From a virus (Duplodnaviria; Caudoviricetes): 39,241 nucleotides of DNA. The stretch is taken from IMG/VR virus record IMGVR_UViG_3300030099_001001, positions 1 through 39,241 of that record; one strand, written 5' to 3'. Every line of letters starts with the position of its first letter. Within the stretch, counting starts at the first letter, position 1. Made by a program: the position numbers and the translations under genes. Below the pieces are notes generated by a model. It was given only the letters and a program-made list of their open reading frames with translations, had not been told where the DNA came from and searched no databases. Below are positions 36,298 to 39,241 of the stretch, piece after piece.

Positions 36298-36774
36298 CTA
36301 CCAAAGTGCTAATATTTTAGCTGCAGTAGTTGATGTTGAATCTACTCTTAGTGTTTGAATAGGTATAAAAGAACCTGCAAGAAGATTCTCTAATACAACT
36401 GAATCACCTCCCGCTGTGAGCAATGCTACATTAGCCCCTCCTGAAATATCTCCAACGTAAAGCACGCATCCATTGTTAGGTGTTTCATCACTGAATATCT
36501 TGTATGCTGTTGCAGTGGCTACTGCTGTACTAACACTTAGTTGAGTTGCACTATCTACTGCTGTAACTGTTGCTGCAACAGTGGTTCCTCCATACACAAT
36601 ATCACCAACCTTTACTCCTTTATTAACAAAGTCTCCTGCGGAATCTATAAGCTTTCCTGCAGAGGCACCTGTCGTGGTGCTATTAACAATTAACATTGCG
36701 GGGTTTGGAATATTTACAGTGTCACTTGGAATTACTGCTATTGCTCTACTTGCTTGTAATTTTTGGTAAGCCAT
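36298..36774 (-). CDS. Putative virion structural protein with inserted beta module
   Basis: AIAVIPSDT...CVLYVG...GDSVVLENLLAGSFIPIQTLRVDSTSTTA..ILALW resembles a small phage structural family; extra segment at about 36490-36684. Confidence 0.7.
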   Translation of the reverse strand: MAYQKLQASRAIAVIPSDTVNIPNPAMLIVNSTTTGASAGKLIDSAGDFVNKGVKVGDIVYGGTTVAATVTAVDSATQLSVSTAVATATAYKIFSDETPNNGCVLYVGDISGGANVALLTAGGDSVVLENLLAGSFIPIQTLRVDSTSTTAAKILALW

Positions 36775-36794
36775 TTCTATCTTTTATATATATA

Positions 36795-36802
36795 CAAAGA
36801 TA
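36795..36802 (-). promoter_or_regulatory. Bacteroidota -7 promoter element TATCTTTG
   Basis: Intergenic, 20 nt before the ATG at 36774. Confidence 0.75.
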
Positions 36803-36829
36803 GTATTATTTTTTTATATGTATAAACAC

Positions 36830-36994
36830 TTAGTCGTCAGTCAATCGCTCATACTCACTAACAACCATATAGATGGTATAAAGCATAAGCATCGCTCCTA
36901 AGCTCTTGAAATGAAGCTCCTTAGTATGTAATAATATAAGGGATGTAATAAATGAGGAGGCGTAATATAGGACTGCTAGTATATTTTGATGCAT
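36830..36994 (-). CDS. Small two-TM membrane protein, 54 aa
   Basis: ATG at 36994 overlaps the upstream TAA (TAATG coupling), so it is preferred over 37024; ILAVLYYASSFITSLILL and LGAMLMLYTIYMVV. Confidence 0.65.
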   Translation of the reverse strand: MHQNILAVLYYASSFITSLILLHTKELHFKSLGAMLMLYTIYMVVSEYERLTDD

Positions 36995-37254
36995 TACTCT
37001 TCTATAGGCATTGGCTCTGACCATTCAGGTGTAGCCATGAGAGTAAGGCATTGTGCGTGAGTCATTGTCTGTAGAGGTGTTACCGTTCCATCAGATATGA
37101 ATGATGGCTCTGCATCATACTTAAGAACAAACTCAGCATCATTAAGTGATTTACGTATTGTGTTCTCGCTTGTCTCTCCGACCTGTGCAAAGTCAATCTT
37201 TGGAAGGTCATCTATTGATACTGTGATATATGTGTCTGCTACTCTTAAACTCAT
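36994..37254 (-). CDS. Small conserved protein accompanying LamG-domain virion protein
   Basis: 86 aa, IDFAQVGETSENTIRKS...PSFI...EWS; has its own promoter. Confidence 0.7.
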   Translation of the reverse strand: MSLRVADTYITVSIDDLPKIDFAQVGETSENTIRKSLNDAEFVLKYDAEPSFISDGTVTPLQTMTHAQCLTLMATPEWSEPMPIEE

Positions 37255-37270
37255 AGTTTTTTATTTTAAA

Positions 37271-37278
37271 CAAAGATA
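37271..37278 (-). promoter_or_regulatory. Bacteroidota -7 promoter element TATCTTTG
   Basis: Intergenic, 16 nt before the ATG at 37254. Confidence 0.75.
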
Positions 37279-37288
37279 ATAAATTTAT

Positions 37289-38053
37289 TTATGATGGTAC
37301 GTCTGTTGACGGCTCAGTAGGAGGAGCAGGTAAAGTAGTTGATGTGCCGTCATTGCCTCCTGAGCCTTGGTCTGTTAGTGTCCAAGTGCCTCCTGAATGA
37401 TTAGCCGCCTCTCCCATACGCCACCAACTTAAAGGGTTTAAACTACTTATGTCATTAGGTACACCGCCATTGTAAATAGCAGTTACATCACTTGCTGATA
37501 GTTCTGAATTGAATACTGCTACTTCGTCTATGTTGCCATCAAAAAAAGATGGGGACACAGTCATTTGTCCTTTACCTAATAGAAAATCAACTGTATTGCT
37601 AACACCATTTACAGCACCCATAGCAAAAACAGATTTCACAGACACGACAGTAGTATCAAAATACATAGTTACACCACTCCCCGCTCTACTCCCATCATAA
37701 GTTAATACTAAATGATGCCATAGTCCATTGGAAACATCACTTTCTTTGTCTGATGTAACTTGGAAAAAATTTCCATTCTCACCGAGAAAAAATATGATGG
37801 AGTTAGTATTGGTTATATTTAAAGAATAACCATTAAAATCAGGCGGGGTCTTTTGTTTAGATAATAACATTCCTGCATTTGAATTGGTTGTTTTAAACCA
37901 TAATGAAAAACTAAAAGCATCTGAACCATCATTTGCTGTATTTAAAACATTACCCATTGTAACAAAATCGTTTGAACCATCAAATGTAAATGAGTTGGTT
38001 GAGGCGAAGGATGAGCCTTGTGCGTTTAATATGGAGCGGTAGTAGCTTGACAT
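37289..38053 (-). CDS. Concanavalin A-like/LamG domain protein (putative receptor binding)
   Basis: SFTFDGSNDFV, FSFSLWFKT, WHHLVLTYDG, FDGNIDEVAVFNSELSASDVTAIYNGG, SWWRMGE. Confidence 0.88.
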   Translation of the reverse strand: MSSYYRSILNAQGSSFASTNSFTFDGSNDFVTMGNVLNTANDGSDAFSFSLWFKTTNSNAGMLLSKQKTPPDFNGYSLNITNTNSIIFFLGENGNFFQVTSDKESDVSNGLWHHLVLTYDGSRAGSGVTMYFDTTVVSVKSVFAMGAVNGVSNTVDFLLGKGQMTVSPSFFDGNIDEVAVFNSELSASDVTAIYNGGVPNDISSLNPLSWWRMGEAANHSGGTWTLTDQGSGGNDGTSTTLPAPPTEPSTDVPS

Positions 38054-38464
38054 CTATGCAGGTTGTACAATCCAATACTCAACTCTTGTTCCTCCACACC
38101 ACTCTGCATAGATTACATTAAGGGCTGTTGTACTGTATGTGCCTGAGCCCATAAGAACCCATCCCGCAGGGACTGAAGGAGCTGACCCCTCTTGGTGGTA
38201 TAGCTTCTGAACGATTCCTAACTGAGCACCCGTAAGGTTGTTAGTTATGTTACCCGTTCCTGCTGCACCTGAGGTGTTATAGATTTCATTCTCTGTGAAT
38301 GAGATTACTACGCCTGTCTTAGCTACAGCGGACTGTGCTTGACCTTGAATGTCAGCGTATGTATAGATTGTTCTTGCACTGTTAGTCTGAGCTGAACCTC
38401 TTTCGATTAAGTCCTCTGAGGCTGATATCCCGACAAATTGTTCGTTACTTGGTATTGTTGGCAT
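38054..38464 (-). CDS. Putative virion structural protein
   Basis: 136 aa; N-terminal ERGSAQTNS.R.IYT..DI segment, C-terminal beta domain GSGTYSTTALNVIYAEW...VEYWI. Confidence 0.65.
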   Translation of the reverse strand: MPTIPSNEQFVGISASEDLIERGSAQTNSARTIYTYADIQGQAQSAVAKTGVVISFTENEIYNTSGAAGTGNITNNLTGAQLGIVQKLYHQEGSAPSVPAGWVLMGSGTYSTTALNVIYAEWCGGTRVEYWIVQPA

Positions 38465-38480
38465 TTCTTTATGTTTTACA

Positions 38481-38488
38481 CAAAGATA
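38481..38488 (-). promoter_or_regulatory. Bacteroidota -7 promoter element TATCTTTG
   Basis: Intergenic, 16 nt before the ATG at 38464. Confidence 0.75.
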
Positions 38489-38494
38489 ATCATT

Positions 38495-38740
38495 TTATTT
38501 TCTTGTTGGTATAGGTTGGTCAGTTACTGTAAAAATTGTTGGCGCACCCAATATTCCTCTTATTGATTCGTCAAAAATTATATACCAAAATATTGGATTG
38601 TCTTCGGTTGCTTCATTGTAGTCTACCCAATATAGTGTTTCATCGATTGGTGTTTTAGGTAAGCCATAAAAATCAGCACATTCTTTTCGTGCTTCAATAG
38701 CTTCTGCCTCATTTGTGTATTTGTAACCTGTTACTTCCAT
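38495..38740 (-). CDS. Small hypothetical protein coupled to upstream lectin-like gene
   Basis: 81 aa; TAATG stop/start overlap with the upstream gene. Confidence 0.7.
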   Translation of the reverse strand: MEVTGYKYTNEAEAIEARKECADFYGLPKTPIDETLYWVDYNEATEDNPIFWYIIFDESIRGILGAPTIFTVTDQPIPTRK

Positions 38741-39240
38741 TAGAATATTGTGTAAAAGTCGTTTATATTAGTTTCTATTCCTGACCTATTGCTGCTCTCA
38801 TCGGTATCAAACATTATTAATTCTTGCAACTGTTGGTTGGCATAGTTATTACTGTATCTATTGACAAATAAATTAGTTGTTAAATTTTGTGTGCCTGAAC
38901 CTGTACCAATACTTGCACCATTCTTAAATAACTCTGAACTGCTGCTACTTTCACTTTTTATTCCACTTATTAAGGTTTGTGCAGTCCACGCCTGTGAAGT
39001 GGTAATATCTAATGCAGCGGTATTAAAATTAAAAATTAATGAATTACTTGCGTTTAAACTATACAACTGTGCAAAGTTTCCTGTGACCGTGACGCTTGTC
39101 GATATTATAAATAAATTATGATAAAAACCACTATCGGCACCATTGTTTTTAGTAGTCATAAAAAAGCTTTTTGAGTTACCACTTAAGCTTGATAATGATT
39201 GATAAAATACAGGTGATGCATTTAAGTTAATACAAGGTTT
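38740..39240 (-). CDS. LamG/ConA-like virion protein, C-terminal part; 5'-truncated by the window
   Basis: Frame is open to the window edge (KPCINLNASPVFYQ...FF-MTTK), so the ATG at 39159 is probably internal; LFKNGASIG, QELIMFDTDESSNRSGIETNINDFY. Confidence 0.7.
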   Translation of the reverse strand, partial: KPCINLNASPVFYQSLSSLSGNSKSFFMTTKNNGADSGFYHNLFIISTSVTVTGNFAQLYSLNASNSLIFNFNTAALDITTSQAWTAQTLISGIKSESSSSSELFKNGASIGTGSGTQNLTTNLFVNRYSNNYANQQLQELIMFDTDESSNRSGIETNINDFYTIF

Positions 39241-39241
39241 A

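Noticed and set aside
16623-38488. Dispersed ACAAAGATA repeats as CRISPR-like or recombinase sites
   Set aside because: Short, irregularly spaced and always just upstream of a start codon; match the Bacteroidota promoter consensus.
6424-39121. Numerous + strand ORFs antisense to the late genes (e.g. 6424-6837, 16944-17480, 35009-35413)
   Set aside because: Fully nested opposite well-supported genes, with Ser/Phe/Leu-rich shadow composition and mostly non-ATG starts.
37289-39241. Diversity-generating retroelement acting on lectin-like genes
   Set aside because: No reverse transcriptase and no template/variable repeat pair differing at adenines seen in this window.
1-39241. Stop-codon reassignment, introns/inteins, tRNA genes
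   Set aside because: Genes tile the window densely under the standard code, TAA/TAG/TGA all serve as stops, terL and MCP are uninterrupted, and no cloverleaf was seen in the short intergenic gaps.

Overview
Phage DNA from end to end: about 39 kb of a tailed, most likely podovirus-type, phage of Bacteroidota (probably marine Flavobacteriaceae). Host evidence: repeated TAnnTTTG (-7) promoters, A-rich starts without Shine-Dalgarno, and a signal peptide that exposes Gln. The left 5.6 kb (+ strand) is a replication/nuclease block: SF3 primase-helicase (partial), SF2 helicase, VRR-NUC, DnaA-domain-IV-like protein, HNH and a PD-(D/E)xK nuclease. The remaining 33.6 kb (- strand) is the late block, in transcription order: LamG-type receptor-binding cassettes, lysis genes, tail fibre, GroES-like protein, TerS/TerL, portal, scaffold, major capsid, adaptors, an apparently split tail nozzle, and three probable ejection proteins, one of them 2866 aa with a zincin HExxH motif. 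No tRNA, CRISPR array, integrase, reverse transcriptase or RNA polymerase was seen. Best leads: (1) a ~60-nt promoter-to-terminator sRNA whose seed looks antisense to a Bacteroidota translation start; (2) a ~67-aa module found in three different virion proteins, once bracketed by an in-frame 21-bp direct repeat; (3) a shared TAGTTACTA motif exactly 3 nt after two stop codons; (4) a TerS/TerL overlap with no ATG for TerL. All product calls come from motif recognition and gene order, not database searches.
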